45,468 nucleotides of DNA, from NCBI GenBank assembly GCA_030141605.1, contig JAQGDQ010002427.1, forward strand, positions 1-45,468. The letters are read 5' to 3'. Numbering within the stretch: position 1 is the first letter of the stretch; the number at the start of each line of letters is the position of its first letter. The notes beneath the pieces are model-generated. The model made no database searches, was not told the DNA's origin, and was given only the letters and a program-made list of their open reading frames with translations. This document shows, in pieces, positions 10,067 through 21,300 of this stretch. The position numbers and the translations under genes were made by a program. This DNA is from Tubiluchus corallicola. Taxonomy: Eukaryota; Animalia; Priapulida.

Positions 10067-11552
10067 ATGAATTTTTTTAATAAGATATGGGAGAAAAGAG
10101 TTTCAAGTACTGGAAAATCTAATATTAAAGCTTCTGGGTATGGCAATCATGGCGCCTCTAAAATGAAAAAATCTTTAATATCTTGGCAAACGGAGAGCTT
10201 GTCTGTAGATGAGAACATTCATAAAAACTCTAAAATACTAATTGAACGTTCTCGTGATTTAGCCCAAGGCTCAAGCATTGCAAATGGGGCTATAAAAACT
10301 ATAAAAGATAATGTAATTGGTAGTGGGCTTACACTAACATCAACAATTGATCATAAACTTGCGAATATATCTTCTGAAAAAAGTCGTGAGCTGGAAGATT
10401 TGATAGAGAAAAATTTTCATTTATGGAGTTATAAAAAAATAGATAATTTAGGACTTATGAATTTTTATCAGGTTCAAGACTTGGCTTTTCATACTACTTT
10501 GGTGACAGGAGAGTGTTTTATAAAACTAAACTACTTTGAAAGCTTTAGAAATCCCTTTTTGTTAAAGCTTCAATTGATTGAACCTGAACGCGTGCATACG
10601 CCTAAAGATAAAGAAGATAGCGAACACGTTAAAAATGGCATTGAGTTTGATAAAAATGGCAGAGTTGCTAGTTATTACATAAGTGATAAATTTCCTAATT
10701 CTAGTGACTTTGGTGAATCAAAATATGAAAAAATAGATGTGTTTGGGGAAAACGGACAGTTGAATATAATACACTTAATGATCCCTGAACGTCCTGAACA
10801 GGTGCGCGGAATACCGTTATTGGCTCCTGTTATAGAAAGTTTGAAACAGCTAGAAAGGTATACTGAAGCTGAATTAACTGCCGCTGTAGTTAGCGGAATG
10901 TATGCTATATTTATAAAAACTCAAGGTGAAGACCCTGCTTCCTTTGGAGAGAGCGTTGTTTCTGAAAACAATACTGTTGATAAAGATGATAGATCTTTTG
11001 CTTTACGGCCAGGGATGATGGCAGAACTTGACTGGTGAAGATATTGTTGTGTCAAATCCTGGACGACCTAACCCAGCTTTTGATCCTTTTATAATGAGTA
11101 TATTGAGGCAGGTTGGGACAAGTTTGGGTGTACCATTTGAGTTGTTAATTAAACACTTCACTTCTAGTTATAGTGCAAGCAGAGCTGCTCTTTTGGAAGC
11201 TTGGAAGGTGTTTAAAAAACGACGTGCTTGGTTTGCTAATAATTTTTGTCAATCAGTATATGAGGAATGGCTTAGAGAGTGTTACTTATCAGGAAGGATA
11301 GATCTAAAAGGATTTGATGATGATGAACTTGTTAGGTACGCGTATTCAAGGTCTGAATGGGTGGGGCCTTCACAAGGACAGATAGATCCACTGAAGGAAA
11401 TAGTTGCGGCTGAAAAAAGAATAACATTAGGAGTTAGCACAAGGACAAGAGAAACCTCAGAGCTAACAGGAGGGAGTTTTGAAAGAAATCTAGAATTGTT
11501 AGCTAAAGAAGAAAAAATTATGAAAGAGAAAGGAGTAATGCAAGATGAGTAA
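10067..11552 (+). CDS. Lambda-family portal protein, frameshifted near 11030
   Basis: RSRDL, RPEQVRGIP, YSASRA and IDPLKE motifs split across two frames. Confidence 0.88.
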
Positions 11553-12579
11553 TAAAACTGCTGAATTGAGTTTGTATGGTGTCATAGGAGAGCAAGGTGG
11601 TATTAATGAAACAGAATTTGTGAATAAGATAAATGGTTTGGGAGATATAGAAACACTAGCTATTAGAATTAATTCTATAGGTGGAGATCCTATAGCGGCT
11701 ATAGCTATGTATAACACGATTAAGAATAAAGAATTTGAAACAGTGATGCATGTTGATGGGATAGTATCAAGTTCTGCTACCGTGGTTGTCTGTGCTGCGA
11801 CAAAAGTTGTCATGGCAAAAAATGCGTTATATATGATTCATGAACCTTGGGCGTCAGCAGGTGGGCAAGTGAATGAAATGAAGCGGAGTATTAATATTCT
11901 TGAAAATATAAAAAACTCTATGATAGATATTTATAGTAAAAAATCTAACTTAACTAAAGAAGAAGTAGCTAAAATGATGGCTGAAGAGACTTGGTTAAAT
12001 GCTGAGGAAGCTTTTAAATATGGTTTCATAGATGAGATAGAGGATAGAGAGATAGTGAAAGGTGAAATAAATGACAAATTTGTTTTTAATAGTTTAGTTG
12101 TGGATAAAGGTAAATTTAATAAATTCAAGAATTTTAAGGCATCAATGGTAGTGGATACTACTATTAACATAGATGAAAAAAAAGAAGAAATAAAGGAGGA
12201 GAAAAAAGAAATGACATTAGAAGACTTAAAAAAACAATATCCTGAATTTTCAAAAGCTATATACGAAGAAGGAAAACAAGCAGGAGAATTAGGAGAAAGA
12301 CAACGAATTAAAGAAATTGAAGAATTGGGTGCTAAAGGAGATTTAGTTTATCAAGCTAAATTTATTAATATTTGTGGTGCTGGGACTTTAGCAATGGGCA
12401 TTATAAAAGCTCAAAAAGAAGAGAATAAAAAAATAATGGACAGTATTGTAGATAACAGTAAAAGTACTGAAGTAAAATCAGTAGTTAAAGAAGAGACAGA
12501 GGACGAGACTATTTTAGGTTTAAGTGTTAATGGTATATTTGGTGCGATGAATACTAAATTAAATGGAGAGGTGAAATAA
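11545..12579 (+). CDS. ClpP-like prohead protease / scaffold
   Basis: INSIGG, MIHEPW and ETWLNAEEA..YGFIDEI motifs; coiled-coil C-terminus. Confidence 0.9.
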   Translation: MSNKTAELSLYGVIGEQGGINETEFVNKINGLGDIETLAIRINSIGGDPIAAIAMYNTIKNKEFETVMHVDGIVSSSATVVVCAATKVVMAKNALYMIHEPWASAGGQVNEMKRSINILENIKNSMIDIYSKKSNLTKEEVAKMMAEETWLNAEEAFKYGFIDEIEDREIVKGEINDKFVFNSLVVDKGKFNKFKNFKASMVVDTTINIDEKKEEIKEEKKEMTLEDLKKQYPEFSKAIYEEGKQAGELGERQRIKEIEELGAKGDLVYQAKFINICGAGTLAMGIIKAQKEENKKIMDSIVDNSKSTEVKSVVKEETEDETILGLSVNGIFGAMNTKLNGEVK

Positions 12580-12915
12580 ATGGGATTTATAACAGCTGGA
12601 GCAACGGTTAAACAAGAAACTTTATTATCTGGAGGAGGACATCAAGTAATGGAAATAGTAGTCCCTCTAGGTAAAGCAGTAGTACGAGGAGATGCGGTAA
12701 ATACACTATGTGATCTTACTGATGGTTCTGACCTATTTGGGATCATAGCAGAAGATGCAGATGGTGTAGAAGCAGAAACAAAATCTACGGTATATGTAAG
12801 TGGTGAGTTTGTATGGGAAGGATTAAGAGTTAAGGAATTAACTACAAAGGAAGAATTCAGAATATTAGCGAGGGATAAAAATATAATAATTAAAGAGTTA
12901 GGAGGTAAAGAATAA
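12580..12915 (+). CDS. Head decoration protein (gpD-like)
   Basis: Size, position before the capsid gene, VYVSGEF motif. Confidence 0.7.
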   Translation: MGFITAGATVKQETLLSGGGHQVMEIVVPLGKAVVRGDAVNTLCDLTDGSDLFGIIAEDADGVEAETKSTVYVSGEFVWEGLRVKELTTKEEFRILARDKNIIIKELGGKE

Positions 12916-13925
12916 TGCCAGCAATTATAGAGTTAATAAAAGCGTATGATCAAAAGGTTGTAAAGCCAAAATCATTTTTTAAAGATAATTTTTTCAAAGT
13001 GAGAAAAACTAAAGCAAGGAAAAAATTTGAGGTTCAGTTCAGAAAAGGACGAATGCTTGCGGCTCCATTTGTAAGCGAGCTCATACCAGGAACTGAAATT
13101 CCTAAACGTACTTTCAAATCTGAGTTTTATCAAGCTCCTAAAATTGCTCCAAAAGAGACTTTTACTGTTGACCAGTTATATCTAGATCAACATTTTGGAG
13201 AAACAATATATGGCGGGAAAAGTTCGAAACAGAAACGAAATGAGCTTATAGGAGAGTCTTTAGCCGAGTTTGAAGAAATGATAATTAGAAAAGAAGAGCT
13301 TATGTGTATTAGAACTCTTTATGAAGGCGAAGTTATAGTCGAAGGAGAAGGAGTAAAAGATAAAATAACTTATGGGACAGTAAAGAGAGCTCAAGTGGGG
13401 GTAAAATGGACTGAAGCTAACGCTGATATTATAGGAGATATACGTGGAGCTATAACCGATATAGGTAAAAAAACAGGTGCAAGACCTGAAATGTTGGTAG
13501 TTGATCCTGATACAGCTGCTTTAATAGAAAATAATGAAAAGATAAAAGATAAATTAGACACTAGAAATTTCAACCTAGGAAATATTTCACCTAAGGAGTT
13601 ACCTGATGGAGCTATATTTATAGGGACGTTAGCTCCTTTTCATTTGCCAATTATATCATATCAAGGTCAATATGAAGTGATGAAAGCAAATGGTGAGTTA
13701 GAAATGAGAGATATAGTGCCACAAGGAACTATGCTACTTGCTCCTAGCAATAACGAAATTTTATATGGGTCTGCTGGGGATATAAAGAAAGGAATTATTC
13801 AAGCTGAAAGAGCTGTTTTTCAAGACGAAGATACGAAATCAAATACTTTGGAGATAAGAACGGAAACAAGACCTTTACCTGTGGTGTATGACATTGAGGC
13901 AATAAGAATTTTAGAGGTGATATAA
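12915..13925 (+). CDS. Major capsid protein (lambda gpE family)
   Basis: LAAPFVS, R.EE.MC and TRPLPV motifs; 336 aa. Confidence 0.9.
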   Translation: MPAIIELIKAYDQKVVKPKSFFKDNFFKVRKTKARKKFEVQFRKGRMLAAPFVSELIPGTEIPKRTFKSEFYQAPKIAPKETFTVDQLYLDQHFGETIYGGKSSKQKRNELIGESLAEFEEMIIRKEELMCIRTLYEGEVIVEGEGVKDKITYGTVKRAQVGVKWTEANADIIGDIRGAITDIGKKTGARPEMLVVDPDTAALIENNEKIKDKLDTRNFNLGNISPKELPDGAIFIGTLAPFHLPIISYQGQYEVMKANGELEMRDIVPQGTMLLAPSNNEILYGSAGDIKKGIIQAERAVFQDEDTKSNTLEIRTETRPLPVVYDIEAIRILEVI

Positions 13926-14263
13926 ATGAAATATAAAACAAAAGCTAATATTATGTATCAAGCAAAAATAATAGATAAAGGAGAAATAGTTGAATTTCAA
14001 GATGAATCTTTTGCAAAAAATTTACTTGAAAGAGATTTGTTAGAGGAAATTGGAAAAGATGTGAAAGTAGAAGAAATAGAAGAAAACACAAATGGAATAA
14101 TAGCAGAGAAAACAGAAGAAGAGCTAGAAGAAATGACGGTAAAAGAGTTACTGGAACCTATGCAAAAAAGGAATTAAATCTAGAGCTTAACAAAAAAGAC
14201 AAAAAAGATAACATAATTCAAGAAATTCAAGAAGCTTATGAAAATCTAGAAGAGGTTGATTAA
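13926..14263 (+). CDS. Small phage head-associated protein, probable frameshift near 14155
   Basis: ELEEMTVKELL continues in another frame as YAKKELNLELNKKDKKDNIIQEIQEAYENLEEVD* (HeH/Rho-N-like). Confidence 0.55.
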
Positions 14264-14264
14264 T

Positions 14265-14609
14265 ATGATCAATTTCAAAGATCAACTACAGAAAGATCTA
14301 GATAACGTGTTTTTCAATAATAACGAGTTTGCGGAAACTCTTATTGTCAATGGTATTGAAACGATAGGTATCATTGACGAAAACTATTTTAAAGATGCTA
14401 AATTTTCAACAAAAAAAGAAATAAATATAATGGGTGACGAAGTGCTTCAAAGATCTAATATCGCTTTATTATTGAAAGTTGCAGAGCTTGGATATAAACC
14501 TAATGTTGGAAGTATCTTAGAAGTTAATTCTGTTAATCACAGAGTGCAAAAAACTACAGAAGAAAGTGGAATGTATATAATTGAGCTTAGTTTTTTGGAA
14601 GAGAGTTAA
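14265..14609 (+). CDS. Head-tail joining protein (FII-like)
   Basis: FKDQLQKDLDNVFFN.NEFAE pattern; position in the module. Confidence 0.65.
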   Translation: MINFKDQLQKDLDNVFFNNNEFAETLIVNGIETIGIIDENYFKDAKFSTKKEINIMGDEVLQRSNIALLLKVAELGYKPNVGSILEVNSVNHRVQKTTEESGMYIIELSFLEES

Positions 14610-14612
14610 AAT

Positions 14613-15146
14613 ATGTTTGACATAGATTTGAAAGTTAAGAATATTGAAGAAGTTGAATTTTTCTTAAGTGATATTCCAAAAGGTGTGCAAAAAGCTTTGC
14701 AAAGAAGTACTAGCAGGACTCTTTCAGCAGTTAAAGGACATATGGTGAGAGGAGCAAGAGAGACTTATACAGTGAAGGCTAAAATGCTGAGGGAGGATTT
14801 AGAAATAAAACGCCCATCTTTTACTAATCTAAGAGGTCAAATCAAGTCAACAGGAAGACCTATATTGCTACAGCATTTTGCACATAAAAAAAATACGAAA
14901 AGAAGACATTTCAGAGTTGCAGTGAAGAAAGGGAACTATAAGACTATTAGAAACTCTTTTGTAACTGATTTTGGGACTGTCTTAGCTCGAAAAGGGGCAG
15001 CTAGATACCCTCTTGAAGCTAAATATAGCCTTTCTGCTCCACAAATGCTAGAAGGAGACATGAGCAAGTTAGATAGATTTGCTAGAACAACATTAGAAAG
15101 ACGGTTAGATCATGAAGTAATCAATTTGTTAGAAAGAGGGAAATAA
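14613..15146 (+). CDS. Minor tail protein Z-like
   Basis: Basic protein with RYPLE...SAPQM and RLDHEV. Confidence 0.7.
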   Translation: MFDIDLKVKNIEEVEFFLSDIPKGVQKALQRSTSRTLSAVKGHMVRGARETYTVKAKMLREDLEIKRPSFTNLRGQIKSTGRPILLQHFAHKKNTKRRHFRVAVKKGNYKTIRNSFVTDFGTVLARKGAARYPLEAKYSLSAPQMLEGDMSKLDRFARTTLERRLDHEVINLLERGK

Positions 15147-15625
15147 TGACGCCATTAATGTTAGAAGAAGCCTTGATAACAAGGTTAGAAGAATTATTTG
15201 AGGAAGAGAAATACTTAGATAAAAATAACAATCTGCAGCAAATAAAAGTTATCCAAGGCGTTCCTGTCCCAAAAAGGGCAGGCCTTGGAGCAGCAAAAAA
15301 ACTCAATGTTCCTTTCACATCAGTTAGATTTCTGAAAGGTGTTGATAGGGAAAACGACGTTTCAAAAGCCTTTTTGACAATTGATGTTATGCTGTTCAAT
15401 GAAACCAAAGAAGGGCATAAGGAGCTATTGAACATACTTGAAAAAATCAGACAAGAGATATTCAAAAAACCAATGTTAAGTAAATATTTTACACTTGACT
15501 TTGAATCAGAGTATAAAACTTGGATAGTTGAGGAAGAGTCATATCCATACTGGCTTGGAATTATTGAATGCGTCTGGAACTACCACAGGATAGCTGATGA
15601 AGGCGATTTAGATTTAATTACCTAG
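15146..15625 (+). CDS. Tail terminator / completion protein
   Basis: Position in the module; YPYWLG motif. Confidence 0.55.
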   Translation: MTPLMLEEALITRLEELFEEEKYLDKNNNLQQIKVIQGVPVPKRAGLGAAKKLNVPFTSVRFLKGVDRENDVSKAFLTIDVMLFNETKEGHKELLNILEKIRQEIFKKPMLSKYFTLDFESEYKTWIVEEESYPYWLGIIECVWNYHRIADEGDLDLIT

Positions 15626-15639
15626 GAGGAGGAGGTAAA

Positions 15640-15966
15640 ATGGCTAGGAAAAAGCGAAAAGAAGAGATAGTTGAAGAAGTAGTAGAAATAAAAGAAGAAG
15701 CTGCTGAAGAAAAGATAGAACCAAAGAAAGAAAAACAGCTTATATACATAGGGCCAATGCTAAAAAGTGGCATATTATCGCAAAATAGTATTTTTATGGG
15801 AATTCCAAAACATATAGAAGAAGATATAAAAAAATGTCCTGCAATAAAAAAACTATTTGTAACACCAGGAAAATTAGCAGAAGCAAAAAAGAATTTAAAA
15901 AAGCAAGGCACTTTAGAAAACATATATTACAAAGCAATTGAAAAATATAATAGAGGAGGGAATTAA
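15640..15966 (+). CDS. Hypothetical phage protein preceding the sheath
   Basis: IYIGP motif; strong RBS. Confidence 0.6.
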   Translation: MARKKRKEEIVEEVVEIKEEAAEEKIEPKKEKQLIYIGPMLKSGILSQNSIFMGIPKHIEEDIKKCPAIKKLFVTPGKLAEAKKNLKKQGTLENIYYKAIEKYNRGGN

Positions 15967-17324
15967 TGGCTTATAATCACGGAGTTGAAGTAAGAGAGGT
16001 ACCTACATCTATATTAGCACCAGTTAATGTTGATTCAGCAGTAACATTTGCAGTGGGAACAGCACCAAAGCAACCAGGAGGAATAGTAATTTGTTACACT
16101 TATCAAGAAGCAGTTGAAAAACTAGGGTTTTCAGAGGATTTTGCTAAATACACTTTATCTGAGGTAATTTATACTCATTTTGTATTAAACAAAGTTTCAC
16201 CAGTAATTTTCTATAATGTAATCCCAGGGGTAAAACAAACACTTACAGAAACAGTAGTAGAAGGTAAAATAGTGTTTACTGAGCCAGTGTCAAGTATCAT
16301 TTCTATAAGAAATGGAACAACTGATGTACCTGAAGAAGCATACAGCATAGATATAGGAGACAACGGAGCGCTTACAATAGCTATAGTTGATGATACAGCA
16401 GCGCCTGAGGGGGCAGCACTAACAATAGAAGCAGTTGTATTAGATCAAGGAGAAACAACAAAAGAAGATATTATTAGTGGAATAGGTAAAATAGAAGAAG
16501 TATTCCCTAAATTTAGGGTAATACCTAGTTTACTTATTGCACCAGGCTGGTCACATGAATCAGATGTAGCAGCTGTAATGGATGCAGCAACAGAAAATAT
16601 AAATAGTGTTTTTCAAGGAATATCTATAGTTGATATAGCTCAAGATGCATCTTATGAAAATGCACCACTAGAAAAAACTAGTAGTAATATTTCAAGTGAA
16701 AACCAAATAGTTTGCTATCCTAAAGTAAAATTAGGGGAAAAAGAATACAACCTATCTTCTCAAATAGCAGCGCTTATTGCAAAAGTAGATGGTATAAATG
16801 GTGGGATACCTTATGAGAGCCCTTCAAATAAAAACTTACAAGCAGATAGCGCAGTTTTAGCAGGAGGAGAAGAATTATTATTAGGAATAGATAAGGCAAA
16901 TTATCTAAATAGTCAAGGTATAGTAACAGCTTTAAATTTTGTTGGCGGATGGAGAGCATGGGGAAATAATACAGCTTGTTATCCTGCAAATACAGATGTA
17001 AAAGATAGATTTATCGCAATAAAAAGAATGTTTAAATGGATATCAAATACAATAGTACTTACTTTCTGGCAAAAATTAGATAAACCAGCAAATAAAAGGC
17101 TTATAGATAGTATTTTAGATACAATAAATATTTGGTTAAATGGTCTTGTAGCATCAGGATATCTTTTAGGAGGAAAAGTAGAATTTGCAGAATTAGATAA
17201 TCCAGCAACTAATGTATTAGATGGTAAATTTACTTTCCATTTATATATCACACCACCGATTCCTGCAAAAGAGCTAGTATTCTTAATAGAATTTGATGTA
17301 GATAATTTAAACAATTTAACTTAG
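15966..17324 (+). CDS. Contractile tail sheath protein
   Basis: MAYNHGV, LLIAPGWS, ESPSN, WGNNTA and TPPIPA motifs. Confidence 0.92.
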   Translation: MAYNHGVEVREVPTSILAPVNVDSAVTFAVGTAPKQPGGIVICYTYQEAVEKLGFSEDFAKYTLSEVIYTHFVLNKVSPVIFYNVIPGVKQTLTETVVEGKIVFTEPVSSIISIRNGTTDVPEEAYSIDIGDNGALTIAIVDDTAAPEGAALTIEAVVLDQGETTKEDIISGIGKIEEVFPKFRVIPSLLIAPGWSHESDVAAVMDAATENINSVFQGISIVDIAQDASYENAPLEKTSSNISSENQIVCYPKVKLGEKEYNLSSQIAALIAKVDGINGGIPYESPSNKNLQADSAVLAGGEELLLGIDKANYLNSQGIVTALNFVGGWRAWGNNTACYPANTDVKDRFIAIKRMFKWISNTIVLTFWQKLDKPANKRLIDSILDTINIWLNGLVASGYLLGGKVEFAELDNPATNVLDGKFTFHLYITPPIPAKELVFLIEFDVDNLNNLT

Positions 17325-17337
17325 AGGGGGGAAATTA

Positions 17338-17868
17338 ATGATAGGAAATCAATTACCAGAAAAATTAACTAACTTTAAAGTATATAAAGATGGGGTAATG
17401 GATCTTGTTGGGCTTGCTGATGTAGAGTTGCCATCAGTTGAATTTTTAACAGAAAGTATAAAAGGTTCAGGAATAGCAGGAGAGTATGATTCAATAGTAA
17501 AAGGGCATGTAGGAAGCATGACTTTAAAATTGAATTTCAGATCTTTAGTAAAAGACATTACTTTTCTTTCAGAGCCACATGCTCATGACTTTGATATAAG
17601 AGGGGCTGTACAAGAATATGATACAGTAACTGGAGAAATAACAACAAAACCAGTAGTTTTAAAAGTAAGAGGAATAGCTAAAAAAACAGAATTTGGAAAG
17701 TTTGAAACAGGAGGAAAAACTGATTCAAGCACAGAATTAGAAGTTATTTATTTAAAAGTTAAAGTACAAGGTGTAACAAGAGTAGAAATAGATAAAGTTA
17801 ATTACAAGTATGAAATAAATGGCAAAGATTATTTATTAGATGAAAGAATAGCGTTAGGAATAATTTAG
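17338..17868 (+). CDS. Tail tube protein (P2 FII-like)
   Basis: V.LP, G.GIAGE, EIDK.N and NGKDYL motifs. Confidence 0.9.
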   Translation: MIGNQLPEKLTNFKVYKDGVMDLVGLADVELPSVEFLTESIKGSGIAGEYDSIVKGHVGSMTLKLNFRSLVKDITFLSEPHAHDFDIRGAVQEYDTVTGEITTKPVVLKVRGIAKKTEFGKFETGGKTDSSTELEVIYLKVKVQGVTRVEIDKVNYKYEINGKDYLLDERIALGII

Positions 17869-17879
17869 GAGAGTAAAAT

Positions 17880-18164
17880 ATGAAAAAAGTAGAATTATCA
17901 AAAAGTTATATGTTTAATGAAAAAGAAACAAATGAATTAGAAATGAGGTTAGATGAGCTAACAGGAAATGATTTAATAAAAGCAGAGAAAGAACTTGCTA
18001 TGACAGAACAAAATGCTCCTATGTTAGTAGAATTAAGTAAATCATATCAGTCTATAGTAGCGGCTATAGCTTCAGGAACAACTAGTGATTTTATAAGAGA
18101 TTTAAATATAAAAGATTTTTCAATGATAACAATTGAGGTACAGAATTTTTTGCTAGGATTGTAG
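17880..18164 (+). CDS. Tail assembly chaperone (P2 gpE-like)
   Basis: LTGNDL..AE and L..KDF..I...VQNFL, between tube and tape measure. Confidence 0.85.
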   Translation: MKKVELSKSYMFNEKETNELEMRLDELTGNDLIKAEKELAMTEQNAPMLVELSKSYQSIVAAIASGTTSDFIRDLNIKDFSMITIEVQNFLLGL

Positions 18165-18328
18165 GTGAAAAAGATGTAGCAGAAACTATACGAAAAATAG
18201 TACTTAACATGAGTAGTGTAGCAGGCCAATATAATATTAACTTAAGTGTAGAATATCTATTAAATATAAGTTTAGATGAACTAATGAGATTAGGAATAAG
18301 TTTAAATAAATTAACCAAGAGGAGGTAG
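18146..18328 (+). other. Programmed -1 frameshift site (TTTTTTG) and gpE'-like extension
   Basis: T6G at 18146-18152; the -1 frame stays open (ARIVGEKDVAETIRKIVLNM...LNKLTKRR*) to 18328, just before the tape measure. Confidence 0.8.
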
Positions 18329-18333
18329 ATTAG

Positions 18334-21300
18334 ATGTCAAGACAAATGGAATTGCTCATAAATATAGGGTCTAAAATCAATTCTACCTTTTCTAATTCTT
18401 TTTCTACTGCTAGCAAGAGAGTAGAAAAGCTTAATAAGAAAATAATAGACCTTAAAAAAACAAAAACGAAAATAATGACTTTCAAGGAGCTCAATAAAGA
18501 TCTAGAAGAGAATAAAAAGCACCTCTTGAAGTCTGAATATAGATTAAAATCCATGAAGCGCAAGTATTCGGAACTTCCGAACGCTAATTTGAAAAAAGAA
18601 ATAGGAGAGACAGAAAAAAAAGTAAATAAATTAAATTCTACTCTCGCAAAACAAATTGCAAAACAGAAAGAGTTAAAACAAAATTTAAATAACGTTGGTA
18701 ACGGATATAATAATTATCAAAAAGAACTTGATGAGACAACAGCAAAACTTGATAAGTTCATGAGGAAGCAGAAGAAACTAGAGAAACTAAACAACTTACA
18801 AGTTAATCTTCAGACAAGAGGTGAGAACCTCAAGAGTGCTGGGCGTTCTCAAGTAGTCCAATCAACTATTGCTGGAGTTGCCTTAATGGCTCCTACCAAG
18901 CTTGCAATAGATGATGAGGACGCATTTTCGGGGATAAAAAAAGTAGAAAGCTTTGCAGATGATAACTACATAAAAATATTGAAAAAAGATCTGAGAAACA
19001 TGTCAACAGAAATTCCGCGGGAAATTCGAGGTTTTTACAGTATTGCAGAAAATGCGATGCAGGCAGGAATAGGAAAGGGACTAGAAGATAAAGAAAAGCT
19101 AAAAGAAATAGAAAACTTCACTAGAGGAACTGCAAAAGTAGCTACTGCTTTTGACACAGAAGACGCTACAGCAGGAGAATGGCTTGCTACATGGAGAGTT
19201 AACTTAAAACTTTCTCAAGATGAAGTTATGAACTTAGCTGATAGAATGAACTACCTTGCTGACTCTAACAATGCAAAAGCTCCAGATGTGGCCATCGCGT
19301 TCAACAAAATGTTTGGCTTAGGGAAATTACTTAATTTCGATGAGGGTCAGTTGGCGGCCCTTGCTACAACAGTTAAAGCAAGTGGGATAGAAGCAAAACT
19401 TGCTGGAAGCCATATAGGTATAATGTTTAAAAAAATTGCAGCAGGTGAATTTGTCACAAAACAACAACAGACGGCTTTAGGTGAATTAGGAATAGATGGT
19501 TCTGAAATGGCTAAAAACATGCAGATAGACGCAGAAGAAACATTCATAGATATTTTTGAAAGAGTTAAAACACTATCAAAAGACAAGCAATTAGGAGTAT
19601 TAAATCTATTATTTGGAGCAGACGCCTCTAAAACCGCTGCAAAGTTAGCGAATAATCTGGAGCCCCTCAAAGAAAACTTTGAAGCAATGTCAAGAACTGA
19701 TTTTCTTGGATCGGTCGACAAAGAGTTTAAGAATAAAATGAGCACTATTAAAAATCAATTAATTTTGAAAAAAAATGAGATCATGAAAGCCCTATTACAG
19801 ATAGGGGAGAGTGTTTTTCCAGATATCAAAAAGAGCCTAGACAAAATCGGACCTTATTTGGAAAAAGCAACAAAATGGGTGGAAAAAAATCCAGAATTGG
19901 TTGCTAAAACTTTTAAAGTTAGTGGTGCTCTAATAGCAATGAATCTTGGACTTGGAATAGGGAAACTGGCTTTTGGCAATCTATTTACTGGTGCTTCAAA
20001 AGCGGTAGGAATCTTCAAAACGTTAAGTAAACTTAATCCTGGCAGCGCTTTTTCTATTTTCTCAAAATTCAAAAATATTTCTAAAATTTCAAAATTCTTA
20101 GCCCCTCTTTCAAAATTCAAAGGATTTGGAATATTAGGCAAAGGATTAGGAAAACTATGCATAGCAGGAAAAGGACTTTTAGGAGTTTTCAAAGCTTTAA
20201 GTGCATTTTTGTTCACAACCCCATGGGGCTGGGCTCTGATCGCATTAGCAGGAAGTGCCGCCCTTATCTATAAGAATTGGGACAAGATAAAACCTTACTT
20301 GCAGAAGAAATGGCAGGGGGTTAAGAAACACTTTGATAAGAAATTAAAATTATTTTCTAAAGATTGGAACGCAATAAAGATAGCGGGGAAGGACGCATGG
20401 AGCAGTATAAAAAACTCTGCTTCTAAGACATGGCAGAAATCCGCTGAATTAAGAAAAAAGTTCTATAATAGCGGGAAAAAAATAGTAGGATTTTATTATA
20501 ACTACTGGCGTAACCGAGCTTTAGATATAATTAATGTTAGTAAAAAAATAGGTGGGGCATTAAAAAAAGGATATGAGCTAGCCAGGCCTTATGCGATAAG
20601 TTTTTGGAACACAGCAAAAAATATCAAAGTTAAAAATATAAAACTGAAACTTATTGCGCAGACAAAAGACGCAATCGCAAAAATAAACGCTTTCAAAGCA
20701 AGGTATAAAGAAATAATCTCTACTGTAAAAGTAAAATATAAAGAAACGATAGAAAAAGTAAAACAAGTAAAAGATAAAGTAGTTACGAAAGCGAAAACTA
20801 AGACAAGTGAAATAGCAACAACAGCTAGAACGATCAAGTACTTTGCTGAATTTGTAGCAGAAGATGCAAAACTCAAGATAGAACAGTTCAAAAACTATAT
20901 TAATTCAAAGTATACAGAGATCAAAACTAATGTTATTGCAAAATATGAAGAAATGAAACCTTATATAGACGGTTTTACACAGTTTTGTTCCACAAACTTT
21001 GAGCTTATCAAGCTCAACGGTTCTCAAGCTTGGAATTTCTTAAGCAATTCGCTAAGTCCTGTGACAGATGCGATTAAGTCAAAGTTCCAAGGAGTATTTG
21101 AATTTGTTAATAATATTTTTTCAAAACTAGGAAATTCTATTAATAATATCACTAATAAGATAGAAAAAACTAAGAAAAAAGAAGGGTACTTTGCAAAAAG
21201 GTGGAGACAAAGTAAAGAAAAAGCTAAATACAGATCTAGTAGCGTTTATAAAACTTATGAAAAAGCATATGCGACAGGAGGTATAGTTACGAGACCAACA

